Assembly: GCA_017454675.1 (NCBI GenBank)
Contig: JAFTCN010000053.1
Span: 4,853 to 68,852 of the forward strand
Reading direction: 5' to 3'
DNA from: Clostridia bacterium
GTDB lineage: Bacteria > Bacillota > Clostridia > Oscillospirales > CAG-272
DNA: 64,000 bases
A model generated the notes under the pieces. It ran no database searches, was not told where the DNA came from, and saw nothing but the letters and a program-made list of their open reading frames with translations. The translations under genes and the position numbers were made by a program. Positions 48,117 to 58,341 of this stretch are shown here, piece after piece (the first letter of the stretch is position 1; every line of letters starts with the position of its first letter).

Positions 48117-49613
48117 ATGAAAGAAAAGAAGTACCTACTTGCACTCGACCAGGGAACGACGTCGTCCCGCGCGATCGTCTTCACGACCGACGGCAGGCCC
48201 GTCGCGACCTCGCAAAAGGAATTCAGGCAGTACTTCCCTCACGAGGGATGGGTCGAACACGACGCCCTTGAGATCAGGGACACGCAGTTCGAAGTCGCCC
48301 GCGAAGCGCTCGCGGCGGCAGGCTCGGACGCCGGCGAGATATACGGCATCGGCATCACTAACCAGCGCGAGACGACCGTCGTCTGGGACAGAAAGACAGG
48401 TGTCCCGATCTGCCCCGCCATAGTCTGGCAGTGCCGCAGGACTGCCGAATACTGCGACTATCTCAGATCCGAAGGTCTCACCGAGTTCATCCGCAGAAAG
48501 ACGGGACTCATTCCCGATCCCTACTTCTCCGGCACGAAGCTTCGCTGGATACTTGAGAACGTTCCGGGAGCGAGAGCGCGCGCCGAAGCCGGCGAACTCT
48601 GCTTCGGGACCGTCGACTGCTGGCTGATTTACTGCCTGACCGGCGGGCGCACTCACGCGACTGACGTCTCGAACGCATCGCGCACGATGCTGTACAACAT
48701 AAACACGATGGACTGGGACGGCGAGCTGCTCGAACTCCTCGGCATCCCGGAGAGCATCCTTCCGAAAGTCATGCCGTCGTCGGGACTCTTCGGCATGACC
48801 GACCCCGCCGTGTTCGGCGAGACGATCCCGGTCGCGGGAGTCGCCGGCGACCAGCAGGCCGCCCTCTTCGGCCAGTGCTGCTACGAGCGCGGGAGCGTCA
48901 AAAACACCTACGGGACCGGCGGATTCCTGCTCATGAACACGGGCGACCGTCCGGTGCTCTCGAAGAACGGACTGCTCTCGACCGTCGCGTGGCAGATCGG
49001 CGGAAAGACGACATACGCGCTGGAAGGTTCGGTATTCATCTGCGGCGCCGCGATCCAGTGGCTCCGCGACGGACTGGGACTTGTAGGATACGCCGGAGAA
49101 AGCGAAAAGATCGCCTCTTCCGTCGAGAACACCGGCGGAGTCTATTTCGTTCCCGCTTTCGTCGGACTCGGAGCCCCCTACTGGAACCCTCACGTCCGCG
49201 GCGCCGCGTTCGGAATCACCAGAGGCACGACGCGCGCGCATCTGGTCCGCGCCGTGCTCGAATCGATGGCATTCCAGACCGCCGACCTCATCGGCGTGAT
49301 GCAGAGCGACTCCGGCACGTTCATCCCCTCTCTGGCGGTCGACGGCGGAGCCTCGGCAAACGATCTGCTGCTCCGGATGCAGGCCGACCTGCTCGGGAAA
49401 AAGATCATAAGGCCGGGATGCGTCGAAACGACGGCCATGGGCGCCGCTTTCCTCGCGGGACTTGCCACGGGAGCCATAAGCTCTGCCGCCGACATCGTCA
49501 GGGAGCGGCATATCGCTGCCGAATTCTCGCCGCAGATCTCGCCGGCCGAACGCCAGGACAGGCTCGACAGCTGGCACAGGGCGGTAAAGGCGGCGGCTGT
49601 ATTCAGCGAATAG
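48117..49613 (+). CDS. glpK: glycerol kinase
   Basis: ALDQGTTSSR, GITNQRETT, VWQCRRT, YFSGTK, TDVSNASRT, GDQQAALFGQ, KNTYGTG. Confidence 0.97.
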   Translation: MKEKKYLLALDQGTTSSRAIVFTTDGRPVATSQKEFRQYFPHEGWVEHDALEIRDTQFEVAREALAAAGSDAGEIYGIGITNQRETTVVWDRKTGVPICPAIVWQCRRTAEYCDYLRSEGLTEFIRRKTGLIPDPYFSGTKLRWILENVPGARARAEAGELCFGTVDCWLIYCLTGGRTHATDVSNASRTMLYNINTMDWDGELLELLGIPESILPKVMPSSGLFGMTDPAVFGETIPVAGVAGDQQAALFGQCCYERGSVKNTYGTGGFLLMNTGDRPVLSKNGLLSTVAWQIGGKTTYALEGSVFICGAAIQWLRDGLGLVGYAGESEKIASSVENTGGVYFVPAFVGLGAPYWNPHVRGAAFGITRGTTRAHLVRAVLESMAFQTADLIGVMQSDSGTFIPSLAVDGGASANDLLLRMQADLLGKKIIRPGCVETTAMGAAFLAGLATGAISSAADIVRERHIAAEFSPQISPAERQDRLDSWHRAVKAAAVFSE

Positions 49614-49650
49614 ACCTCTTCTGCCGATCCGGAGACGAAAGGAGCCGCTC

Positions 49651-50313
49651 ATGGAAAAGAAGAACACGGCCCCCGGCAAAGGCGGGAAATATCCGCGTTT
49701 ACCTGCGAAAAAAAAGTCGCATCTCATTATTACACTCTCGCTCTCGCTTTACGGAATACTCCTCGCGGCCTTTGCGCCGCACCCGGCGCCCGACAGATAT
49801 CTATGTGCCGCCGCCATGCTGCTATCCTCGCTGGGAGACATCGTGCTCATGAACTTCCGGCCGGTCACCGACAGGCTCCGCCTTCACGGGTTCGTCGCCG
49901 GAGGAGCGGTCTTCGGCATCTCGCATATCATTTACGCCGCGGGATTCGCCGTCCTGAATCTCGTCCGCGGCGGAAGTTTTTCAAATGCCGGGCTCCTCGC
50001 GGCAGTGGCGGTGTGGGCTGCGCTCATAACTTTCGGAGCGTTCAGATACAGGGATGCCGGCGGATCGAAGCCGCTGTTCCTGCCTGTCGCGGGTTATCTC
50101 ACGCTGATATGCGCCGACTGCGCGTCGGTCTGGGCGGCCGCCGTATCGCTCGGCGGGCTGAGGTGGATCTCCGCCGCGGGAATATTCCTCTTTCTCGCAT
50201 CTGACCTGTTCATCTTCTTCGACAAGCTGCTCGGCGTCAGGACGAAAAACAACGACCTCGCGATCTGGATACTCTATCCCGCGGGCCAGTTCCTGCTCCT
50301 CGCCGGAGGATGA
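49651..50313 (+). CDS. YhhN family membrane protein (lysoplasmalogenase-like)
   Basis: Multi-TM; SSLGDIVL, F..G...F.ISHIIY, FLASD, W.LY..GQ. Confidence 0.8.
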   Translation: MEKKNTAPGKGGKYPRLPAKKKSHLIITLSLSLYGILLAAFAPHPAPDRYLCAAAMLLSSLGDIVLMNFRPVTDRLRLHGFVAGGAVFGISHIIYAAGFAVLNLVRGGSFSNAGLLAAVAVWAALITFGAFRYRDAGGSKPLFLPVAGYLTLICADCASVWAAAVSLGGLRWISAAGIFLFLASDLFIFFDKLLGVRTKNNDLAIWILYPAGQFLLLAGG

Positions 50314-50350
50314 CGGCGGAACGGGCCGTGATACCGGCAGGTATAAGCAT

Positions 50351-50391
50351 CATAAAAACGCCGCGGATGACGCATCCGGGGCGTTTTTATG
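50351..50391. terminator. bidirectional intrinsic terminator
   Basis: CATAAAAACGCCGCGGATG-acg-CATCCGGGGCGTTTTTATG (one mismatch). Confidence 0.88.
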
Positions 50392-50425
50392 TTACGTTCG
50401 GTTTTTTCGGGCGATCCGCGGGGGC

Positions 50426-52327
50426 TCACCTGTCTCTGGAGACGAGTGGCATGATCTTCCGAAGGATGCTGTCGACGTCGACTCCGGCAGCTCTGGCGGC
50501 GGTCATGCCGCTCTTCGGCACCGCGAAGGTGTCGTCGGTCCCGATCACTGCAAAGGAGAACCTCTCTCTGTCCGCCGCGTCGCGGACGGCGTCGGACAGA
50601 TTCATACCGAAGCCGCCCTGCTTTATCTCCTCCTCGATGAATATGATCCGGCGGACCGTCGCGGGAAGCCTTCTCACGATCAGTTCTGCCGGGACCGAAT
50701 ACGGCTTTATCAGCTCGCAGAGCGCGAGACCGCATCCGATGCCGGCGGCCTTCAGTCTGTCGGCGGCCTCGACAGCCACCGAGGCCATCCTGCCGTGACA
50801 TACGATGACTGTAACCGCCCCGTCGAGGCGCGAAAAGCGCACACCCGTGAGCGACCGGAAACCGTCGGGATAAAACTCTGACACGACGCGCGGGTCTTCG
50901 CTTCCGTTCGGATACCTCACGGCTGCGGTCGTTCCCGATGCCAGCGCCGCGCGAAGAGATGCCCTGAGCGAGTCGTATGTCGCCGGAGCGAATATCTCGA
51001 CACCCGGTATCGACGAAAGGAAAGCCACGTCGAAGATCCCGTGGTGCGTCGCGCCGTCGGTCTCGTTCAGGCCCGCCCGGTCGATGCAGAGCGTGAGTGG
51101 AAGCCCCTGGAGAGCGGCGTCGTGAAGTATGCTGTCGTATGCCCTCTGGAGAAAAGTGGAATAGATCGCGCATACCGGCTTCATGCCGTCGGAGGCAAGT
51201 CCGGCGGCAAACGTCACGGCGTGAGCCTCGGCTATTCCGACATCGAAAAAGCGCTCGGGGAACATGCGGTGGAACTTGTCGAGAGAAGTGCCCTTCTCCA
51301 TAGCGGCGGTAACGGCGCAGACGGTGCTGTCGACCGTCGCGGCCCTGCACAGCGCTTCGCCGAACTCGGCCGAAAAGCCGTTCGTACCGGAAAAGCCGGA
51401 GGCCGGGACCGAATGCCAGTCGTCCGGATTCTCCTCGGCGGGCGGATAGCCCTTTCCCTTCACCGTTTTTATGTGTATGACCGCGCTCTCTCCGTGCTTC
51501 ACCGCCTCGCGGAAGGCGGTCTCGAGCTTGCGCCTGTCGTGGCCGTCGACCGGCCCGACGTAGTAAAGGCCAAGGTCCTCGAACAGATTAGAGCCGTAAA
51601 GGCCGTCCTTGAGTTTCTTCTTGAAAGCGGTGAGAAAACGCAGTACCGGCTTTCCGATCAGCGGGATAGCCGACAGGATCTTTCTCGTCACGAGTTTGGT
51701 CCTGAAGTATCCTGGCGTCGTGCGTATGTTCGACAGACTGCGCGCGAAACTGCCGATGTTCTTCGAGATCGACATCTCGTTCTCGTTTATGACTATGAGC
51801 AGCTTAAGGTCGCCAGCCTGCGGGCAGTTGTTGAGCGCCTCGTGCACCATGCCTCCGGTGAAGGCGCCGTCGCCGATCACCGCGACCGTCCAGTTGCCGC
51901 TGCCCGACAGCTTTTCCGCCTCGGCGATGCCGAGCGCCGCTGACAGCGCCGTTGAACTGTGTCCTGCGCCGAACGGGTCGTACACGCTCTCGGAGCGTTT
52001 GGTGAAGCCGGAGATCCCGCCCGGTCTGCGAAGTGTGTCAAAGCTGTCGAACCTGCCGGTGAGCAGTTTGTGGACGTAGCTCTGATGACCGACGTCAAAT
52101 ATTATCCTGTCGTCCGGCGCGTCAAAGACGCGGTGCAGCGCGAGAGTCAGCTCTACGACCCCCAGGTTCGAAGCCAGGTGACCGCCGTTCTCGCTCACTC
52201 GCTCGACGAGGCACTCCCTTATCTCGTCGGCAAGGCTGTCCGTGTCTTCGTCGCTCAGCAGCTTGAGGTCTGCCGGCGACGAGATCCCCGAAAGAATGGG
52301 GTATTTTTTTCTTTGAATCTTATCCAT
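50426..52327 (-). CDS. dxs: 1-deoxy-D-xylulose-5-phosphate synthase
   Basis: GGHLASNLGVVELT, DVGHQSYVHK, GHSST, GDGA..GGMVHEALN, DVGIAEAHA, YSTFLQRAYD. Confidence 0.97.
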   Translation of the reverse strand: MDKIQRKKYPILSGISSPADLKLLSDEDTDSLADEIRECLVERVSENGGHLASNLGVVELTLALHRVFDAPDDRIIFDVGHQSYVHKLLTGRFDSFDTLRRPGGISGFTKRSESVYDPFGAGHSSTALSAALGIAEAEKLSGSGNWTVAVIGDGAFTGGMVHEALNNCPQAGDLKLLIVINENEMSISKNIGSFARSLSNIRTTPGYFRTKLVTRKILSAIPLIGKPVLRFLTAFKKKLKDGLYGSNLFEDLGLYYVGPVDGHDRRKLETAFREAVKHGESAVIHIKTVKGKGYPPAEENPDDWHSVPASGFSGTNGFSAEFGEALCRAATVDSTVCAVTAAMEKGTSLDKFHRMFPERFFDVGIAEAHAVTFAAGLASDGMKPVCAIYSTFLQRAYDSILHDAALQGLPLTLCIDRAGLNETDGATHHGIFDVAFLSSIPGVEIFAPATYDSLRASLRAALASGTTAAVRYPNGSEDPRVVSEFYPDGFRSLTGVRFSRLDGAVTVIVCHGRMASVAVEAADRLKAAGIGCGLALCELIKPYSVPAELIVRRLPATVRRIIFIEEEIKQGGFGMNLSDAVRDAADRERFSFAVIGTDDTFAVPKSGMTAARAAGVDVDSILRKIMPLVSRDR

Positions 52328-52357
52328 AAGCCGGTTCTTTCCGGGCCGTACGCCCGC

Positions 52358-54844
52358 TCATTCCTGTCTGTTTTCCGGTCCGTGCACGTCGGCGCTGCCG
52401 TATACCTCCGCCGCGTATCTCACGGTCGACATCGCGTCGGGGGAATACCTGTCGGCGCCTATCATCTTTGCGTATTCTGCCGTGAGCACGGCGCCTCCGA
52501 CGACAGTCTTTACACCGGGGCAGCGCTCATTCAGCATACGCACGGTACGCTCCATCGACGGAACGGTAGTCGTCATGAGAGCCGAGAGCCCGACGAGCTT
52601 CGCGCCGCTCTCCTCCGCCGCGAGGCATACTCTCTCCGGAGGTACGTTCTTTCCGAGATCGATGACCTCGTAACCGTAGCTGCGAAGCATCACCCCGACG
52701 ATATTCTTTCCGATGTCGTGTATATCGCCCTCGACGGTCGCGAGGACCACCTTTCCGGCGCTCTCACGCTTCTGCCCGCCGGAGCGACTCTCCATGCAGT
52801 CGGTGATCACGCCGAGCGCGGCGATCGCCGCGTCGGCAGCGGCGAGCAGGCCCGGCAGAAAGATGAGCGATCTCTCAAAGTCCGATCCAACCCTGTCGAG
52901 CGCCGGTATGACCTCGTCTGTTATTACGCTCTGAGGGTCGCGGACGGAGCACAGTTTCTCCGCTTCCGCGCGTGCGGCGGACGGCATGCCGCATATCACG
53001 GCCTCCTTCAGCGTCAGAGTCCCGGGACCCGCCTGCGCCGAGGTCTGATCCCTGTTTTCTCCAGTCGCCGTAACGGCAAATGCCTCCTCGTCGGCGGCTG
53101 CGCTTCCGGGGTCCTTGGCGAAACGCATCATCGGAGCGCAGGAGGGGTTCATGATGGCGGCGTCGAGTCCCGCCGCGGCCGCGGAGCGCAGAAAACCGTA
53201 GTTGACTCTTTCCCTGTCGGGAAGACCGAAGGATATGTTCGACACGCCGAGAGAAGTCAGCACTCCGAGTTCGGACTTTATCAGCCTCAGGGCCGCGAGC
53301 GTCTTCTCGGCGGCTAGGCTGTCAGCGCCGAGAGTCAGGGCGAGCGGATCGACGATGATCCTCTCCCTGCCTATACCGTATTCCGCCGCCCGGCAGACGA
53401 TCCTCCGGGCGATCTCCAGCCTTCCCTCGGGCGAGTCGGGTATACCTTCGCCGTCGAGCGTCAGCGCGATGACGGTACCGCCGTATTTCGCGGCGAGCGG
53501 AAGGATCGCGGACATCGATTTTTCGCTGCCGTTAACTGAATTGATGAGAGGCAGGCCGTCGTATATTCTCAGCGCCGCCTCCATGGCCGCGGGAGACGAG
53601 GTATCGATCTGCAGCGGGAGCTGACAGACGCGCTGGATGTCCTCCACTGTCTTACACAGGACGGCCGGTTCGTCGATGCCGGGTATTCCGACGTTGACGT
53701 CGAGTATGTCGGCACCGAGAGATGCCTGCGAGAGCGCCTCGGACACCGCGTAGTCGCCGTCTCCGGCGAGCAGCGCCTCCCTGAACCGCTTCTTTCCCGT
53801 CGGGTTTATCCTCTCGCCTATGACGGCGACACCGGCAGAACAGCGCGCGGCATATCCGGGGCCTGAACCTGTGTCGCCCCCGTCTCCGAAGACGAATATC
53901 TCCGAACGGCTGGTTATCCTGCACCTGGCGTGCTTTTCCCGCACCGCGGGTCTTATACCGGAGAGCGCCGAACGGAGCGCCCTTATGTGCTCCGGCGTCG
54001 TGCCGCAGCACCCGCCGAGCAGTACGGCGCCCCGCCTTGCGATCTCCTTCATCGTTCCGGAAAATTCTTCGGGGCCGCAGTCGTATACCGCCCTGCCGCT
54101 CCGGCCGGCGGAAGGAAGTCCCGCGTTGGGGTTCACGCAGACCGGTATGTTCACCGAATCGAGCACCGACGGCAGGATGTCGAGCATCGAATCCGGCCCG
54201 AACGAACAGTTCATGCCGACCGCGTCGGCTCCGAGCCCCTCAAGAGCCGCCGACATGACCGATGCCGGAGTACCGGTGAAGCTCCGCCCGTCCTTCCCGT
54301 ATGCGCAGGTGACGACCGCGGGAAGATCGCAGTTCTCCTTCACGGCGAGGAGCGCGGCCCTGATCTCGGAAAGATCGCCGAAGGTCTCGAGCAGTATGAG
54401 GTCGTATCCGCCTGCAGCGACGGCTGCCCTCACGGACTCCGCGAAGACCTCGCAGGCGCGATCGAAGGTGATGTCGCTCCCGATCAGCCTGCCGCAGGGA
54501 CCTATGTCGTACGCCGCGTATACTTCCCTTCCTGCAAGCTCTGACGCACGCCTGATGTTACGCAGTCCGGCCGAGGCGAGGCGGGCGACAGTGATCCCTC
54601 CGCCGTCCGGGTAGTTCAGGCTGTTCGCCCCGAAGGTGTTCGACTTGATGATATCGGCTCCGGCCTCGATGTAGCTCCGGTGTATGTCGCAGACGGCGTC
54701 GGGACGTGTGAGCCCCCACACCTCCGGTGCGACGCCCGCGGGAAGTCCGCGGCTGTGAAGAAGGGTACCCGTCGCGCCGTCGAAGAGCAGAAAGCCCCCT
54801 CCCCTTCCCCCGCACCCGGTGAGCGCTGTCCTGAAGTCTTTCAC
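52358..54844 (-). CDS. metH: cobalamin-dependent methionine synthase core (Hcy, pterin and B12 domains; no AdoMet reactivation domain)
   Basis: DGATGT, GMNCS, NPNAGLP, GGCCGTTP, IGERINPTGK, GDIHDIGKNIV, GLSALMTTT, GGAV; GTG start overlaps the metF stop. Confidence 0.9.
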   Translation of the reverse strand: MKDFRTALTGCGGRGGGFLLFDGATGTLLHSRGLPAGVAPEVWGLTRPDAVCDIHRSYIEAGADIIKSNTFGANSLNYPDGGGITVARLASAGLRNIRRASELAGREVYAAYDIGPCGRLIGSDITFDRACEVFAESVRAAVAAGGYDLILLETFGDLSEIRAALLAVKENCDLPAVVTCAYGKDGRSFTGTPASVMSAALEGLGADAVGMNCSFGPDSMLDILPSVLDSVNIPVCVNPNAGLPSAGRSGRAVYDCGPEEFSGTMKEIARRGAVLLGGCCGTTPEHIRALRSALSGIRPAVREKHARCRITSRSEIFVFGDGGDTGSGPGYAARCSAGVAVIGERINPTGKKRFREALLAGDGDYAVSEALSQASLGADILDVNVGIPGIDEPAVLCKTVEDIQRVCQLPLQIDTSSPAAMEAALRIYDGLPLINSVNGSEKSMSAILPLAAKYGGTVIALTLDGEGIPDSPEGRLEIARRIVCRAAEYGIGRERIIVDPLALTLGADSLAAEKTLAALRLIKSELGVLTSLGVSNISFGLPDRERVNYGFLRSAAAAGLDAAIMNPSCAPMMRFAKDPGSAAADEEAFAVTATGENRDQTSAQAGPGTLTLKEAVICGMPSAARAEAEKLCSVRDPQSVITDEVIPALDRVGSDFERSLIFLPGLLAAADAAIAALGVITDCMESRSGGQKRESAGKVVLATVEGDIHDIGKNIVGVMLRSYGYEVIDLGKNVPPERVCLAAEESGAKLVGLSALMTTTVPSMERTVRMLNERCPGVKTVVGGAVLTAEYAKMIGADRYSPDAMSTVRYAAEVYGSADVHGPENRQE

Positions 54845-55749
54845 GGCAGCTCTCGCTTTCCGTCGGATCCGGGGCCGGAGACGGCCGCCGGGATCATCGA
54901 CATGAACGCGTCATGGATCCTGCCCGCGACGTACGCGCTGTTCATCGTATAGAGGTGTATCCGCTTCACTCCGGCCGACAGCAGTCCCCGTATCTGTCCG
55001 ACGGCAAAATCGATGCCCGCTTCGCGCATCGATCCGGGGTCGCCGCCGTATTTATCGGCGATAGCCGCAAGGCTTTCCGGCACGAAGGAGTTCGAGAGCG
55101 AGACTATCCTGTTTATCTGGCCGGGCGTCGTCACCGGCATGATGCCGGCAGTTATCGGGATAGTGATCCCCGCCGCGGCCGCCCTTTCAGCGAAATCAAG
55201 ATAAAACGAGTTGTCGAAGAAAAGCTGCGTAGTGAGGAAATCACAGCCGGCGTCGGCCTTGCGCTTCAGATTGAGCAGATCCTCTTCGGGCGATGCCGCC
55301 TCGGGATGGACCTCGGGATAGCATGCGCCTCCGACGCAGAAGTCGCCGCGGCTTTTGATGTGCGAGACCAGGGCGTCTGCGTGCATGAAGGCCCACTCCG
55401 ATGGGTCAGAACCTTCGGGGATGTCGCCCCGCAGCGCGAGAACGTTCTCGACGCCCACCATTCTCATGAAGACGAGGCGTTCGTCTATGTTCTCGGCAGT
55501 CGATCCGACGCATGTCAGATGGTGGATCACAGGGACGCCGTATTTCTGCTCGATGTTTGCCGCGATCGGGAGGGTGTACCTCGCTCCGCTTCCGCCCGCG
55601 CCGAAGGTGACGCTCATGTAGGCGGGATGCAGTCCGGCTATCTTTTCGGTCGCGTCCCTCGTCGAGTCGAACCGGTCGTACGTCTTCGGAGGAAACACCT
55701 CGAAGGAGAGTGTGTATTCGTTATTCTCAAATATATCAGTGATCTTCAT
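54841..55749 (-). CDS. metF: 5,10-methylenetetrahydrofolate reductase
   Basis: SFEVFPPK, SVTFGAGG, HLTC, LALRGD, ACYPEVH, TQLFFD, HLYTMN; start MKITD at 55749. Confidence 0.95.
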   Translation of the reverse strand: MKITDIFENNEYTLSFEVFPPKTYDRFDSTRDATEKIAGLHPAYMSVTFGAGGSGARYTLPIAANIEQKYGVPVIHHLTCVGSTAENIDERLVFMRMVGVENVLALRGDIPEGSDPSEWAFMHADALVSHIKSRGDFCVGGACYPEVHPEAASPEEDLLNLKRKADAGCDFLTTQLFFDNSFYLDFAERAAAAGITIPITAGIMPVTTPGQINRIVSLSNSFVPESLAAIADKYGGDPGSMREAGIDFAVGQIRGLLSAGVKRIHLYTMNSAYVAGRIHDAFMSMIPAAVSGPGSDGKRELP

Positions 55750-55829
55750 CCTGGATTCTCTTTTCCTGTGATGCGCTTTCCGCTTCATTACGCGCGGGCG
55801 GTCAGACCGCAGTTCCTCCGGCACTTTAT

Positions 55830-55858
55830 ATTATATAATATTTGCTCCTGTTTGTAAA
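55830..55858 (-). promoter_or_regulatory. promoter of metF-metH-dxs
   Basis: Minus strand TTTACA, 17 bp, TATAAT. Confidence 0.7.
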
Positions 55859-55897
55859 GTTTTGTTTTTCGGGACGCGCAGGCATCGCAAAACGCAC

Positions 55898-55926
55898 TTG
55901 AATTTTTCTGCCGAGTGTGATATACT
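55898..55926 (+). promoter_or_regulatory. promoter of the HAD-sulfatase-HAD operon
   Basis: TTGAAT, 17 bp, TGnTATACT. Confidence 0.7.
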
Positions 55927-55997
55927 TTTTTTATCCGCGACGAAGTCCCGCCAGAGCGCGGACAGGACAATGCCGGCGGGGAGACAACGGAGATAAT

Positions 55998-56666
55998 ATG
56001 GACCGAAAGATAAAGCTTTGTGTATTCGACCTCGACGGCACCACCGCGGACACGCTGCCAAGCATCATATATCACCTCAACGGAGTGCTTGTGTCGCACG
56101 GCTACCCCGAAGTGCCCGTCGAGTCTCACAAGTCACTTCCGGGAGGCGGTGCCCGCAGCCTCTTCGTAAAGGTATCGGCTATGGATGGCTACGCGGGCAT
56201 CGATATAGACGGAATGACGGCCGAGTGGATAAGCCGCTATTCCGCCGACCCCGTATACCTCACCTCTCCGTTCGACGGCATTGCCGACATGCTCCGCGAA
56301 CTCCGGGAGGCGGGTATCCGCACCGCGGTGCTGACGAACAAGAACGAACTTCTGGCAAGGTCCGTGGTCTCCGCACTGTACGGAGACCTCATAGAAAAGA
56401 CCGTCGGAGACGCTCCGGGTCGCGCCCTCAAACCCGATCCCGGAGAGCTGCTCGCCCTGTGTTCCGGATTCGGAGCGGATCCGTCGGAGTGCATCCACAG
56501 CGGCGATCATATGATCGATATACGCACCGCCAAAGCCGCCGGGACACTCTCCTGCGGCGTATCGTGGGGATTCAATCCGCCGGAGACGCTGGCCGCCGAA
56601 GGAGCGTCATTCATAGCTGAAAAGCCGGCAGACATATCGGCGGCCGCGCTCGGCGGAGCAGTATAA
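55998..56666 (+). CDS. HAD family phosphatase (phosphoglycolate phosphatase-like)
   Basis: FDLDGT, VLTNK, KPDP, GD..IDI..A, VSWGF; ATG at 55998 after GGAG. Confidence 0.9.
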   Translation: MDRKIKLCVFDLDGTTADTLPSIIYHLNGVLVSHGYPEVPVESHKSLPGGGARSLFVKVSAMDGYAGIDIDGMTAEWISRYSADPVYLTSPFDGIADMLRELREAGIRTAVLTNKNELLARSVVSALYGDLIEKTVGDAPGRALKPDPGELLALCSGFGADPSECIHSGDHMIDIRTAKAAGTLSCGVSWGFNPPETLAAEGASFIAEKPADISAAALGGAV

Positions 56667-56814
56667 AACAGCGCAGACGATACCGGACTTCCTCCGCGCC
56701 GGAACGTACCGGCAGGAAGGCGGCGTCAGCAGATAACAGGTAATTGTTCCGGACGCGGACCCGCCGTGACCGTGCGGATCCGGACTGAGAGAACATTCAC
56801 CGGAAGGAGCACAA

Positions 56815-58314
56815 ATGGCAGAAAACGACCGCAGAGCCCGCGGCGCGGGGAACGGAGCGGAACGTCCGAACGTCCTATTCATCTTCACCGATCAGCAGAG
56901 GCGCGACACGATATCCGCGCTCGGCAATCCCTGTATCGTGACTCCGGCACTCGACTCGATCGCGACCGCCCCGGATACATCCGTCTTCGACAGATGCTAC
57001 ACTCCGTCTCCGGTCTGCGTGCCGGCGAGGCTCGCGCTGTTCGCCGGGCAGTACTGCTCGAGGACCGGCAACAACAATAACAACGCCGTGAGCGTATACG
57101 AAGGTGAAGGCTTCTTCAAAAGGTTCACCGATGCCGGATACGACACCTGCTGCATCGGAAAGATGCACTACAAAAAGGACCCATACGGCCCCATGGGCTT
57201 CAGACGCCGAATAGTCCAGGAGGAGATGGCGGACCCGCGCGACGACTATATGAAATGGCTCCGCGGAACTCCATACCGGAACGTCTTCGACTACAACGGA
57301 CAGCGCACCGAGCTCTATTACATCCCGCAGGTGTCGCAGCTCCCTGCCGAGGCGCATCCGACGCAGTGGATCGGCGACCGGGCAGTCGAGTTCATAAACG
57401 GGGCAGGCAGGTCCGGCGAGCCATTCTTCCTTTTCGCCTCGTTCATACACCCGCACCCGCCATTTGCCCCGCCTTCACCGTGGAACAAGCTGTACCGTTC
57501 CCGCGTGAGACCGGCATTCGTACCGGAGGACGAGGACTCCTACCGGGATCTGCTCAGAAACAGATACACGCTCGACGCCCTGGCGATCTCGCCGCGCCGC
57601 CGCGAACTGCTCGTGCAGCACTATTACGCCTGCGTCTCATTCGTCGATTACCAGATCGGCAGGATCGTCGCTGCGCTGAAGGAGCGCGGACTGTATGATA
57701 ATACGATAATCGTCTTTTCGTCTGACCACGGCGAACTGCTCGGAGACTACCGATCGATGGGCAAGCGCACGATGCTCGACGCTGCGTCGAACATCCCGCT
57801 GCTCATTCGAGTTCCCGGATGCACGGGAGGCATAAGACACGATCCCGCGTCGCTCGTCGACATGGCCCCGACGCTCCTGTCCGCTTGCGGCATCGGCTAC
57901 CCCGGCGGCGAGTTCGACGGCGTCGATCTCATGAGCGACAGACACGACTTCGTATTCTCGCAGTACGAAAGCGGCCCGGCAGAGACATGTATGGCCGCAT
58001 CCGGGACCGACAAGCTCGTATGGTCCGCGATCGGCGGACGGTATTTCTATTTCGATTCCTTCCCCGACGGGAAGGACAGATTCGACCTCTCTCTACCCCG
58101 CGTAAGGGAACTGAAGGAGCGCCTCGACGCCTACATGTCATCAGACAGATGCCCTGCCCCGACTGAAGGTCCGGCGCGCACGAGCCCGCTGCTCCAGGAA
58201 TACGGCTCCTTCTATGCGCCCCTCGACGACCACTGCAGCACGATGGACGAGGAGCGGGCGAGGATGCCGGAGGGATACCCGATCACGCTCGGCTGCAAAC
58301 ATACCGATTACTGA
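56815..58314 (+). CDS. Cys-type (formylglycine-dependent) sulfatase
   Basis: RPNVLFIFTDQQR, signature CVPAR, IGKMH, HPHPP, SSDHGE. Confidence 0.93.
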   Translation: MAENDRRARGAGNGAERPNVLFIFTDQQRRDTISALGNPCIVTPALDSIATAPDTSVFDRCYTPSPVCVPARLALFAGQYCSRTGNNNNNAVSVYEGEGFFKRFTDAGYDTCCIGKMHYKKDPYGPMGFRRRIVQEEMADPRDDYMKWLRGTPYRNVFDYNGQRTELYYIPQVSQLPAEAHPTQWIGDRAVEFINGAGRSGEPFFLFASFIHPHPPFAPPSPWNKLYRSRVRPAFVPEDEDSYRDLLRNRYTLDALAISPRRRELLVQHYYACVSFVDYQIGRIVAALKERGLYDNTIIVFSSDHGELLGDYRSMGKRTMLDAASNIPLLIRVPGCTGGIRHDPASLVDMAPTLLSACGIGYPGGEFDGVDLMSDRHDFVFSQYESGPAETCMAASGTDKLVWSAIGGRYFYFDSFPDGKDRFDLSLPRVRELKERLDAYMSSDRCPAPTEGPARTSPLLQEYGSFYAPLDDHCSTMDEERARMPEGYPITLGCKHTDY

Positions 58315-58341
58315 CACGGACCAAGAAAGGATACAGACGAT

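Noticed and set aside
48135-49727. Long antisense or alternative-frame ORFs (e.g. 530 aa opposite glpK, 464 aa opposite oppD, 454 aa within polA)
   Set aside because: They shadow well-supported genes, lack recognisable motifs, and are expected from GC-rich codon bias.
53830-53895. Short Gly/Ala-rich insertions in MetH, ArgC and the carboxyltransferase as a coding palindromic repeat family
   Set aside because: The inserts share no evident sequence or strong palindrome; loop drift is the simpler explanation.
22990-56782. Shared 11-mer GTGCGGATCCG in the valS leader and before the sulfatase (REP-like repeat?)
   Set aside because: Only two copies with no flanking similarity; 11-mer matches are expected by chance in 64 kb of GC-rich DNA.
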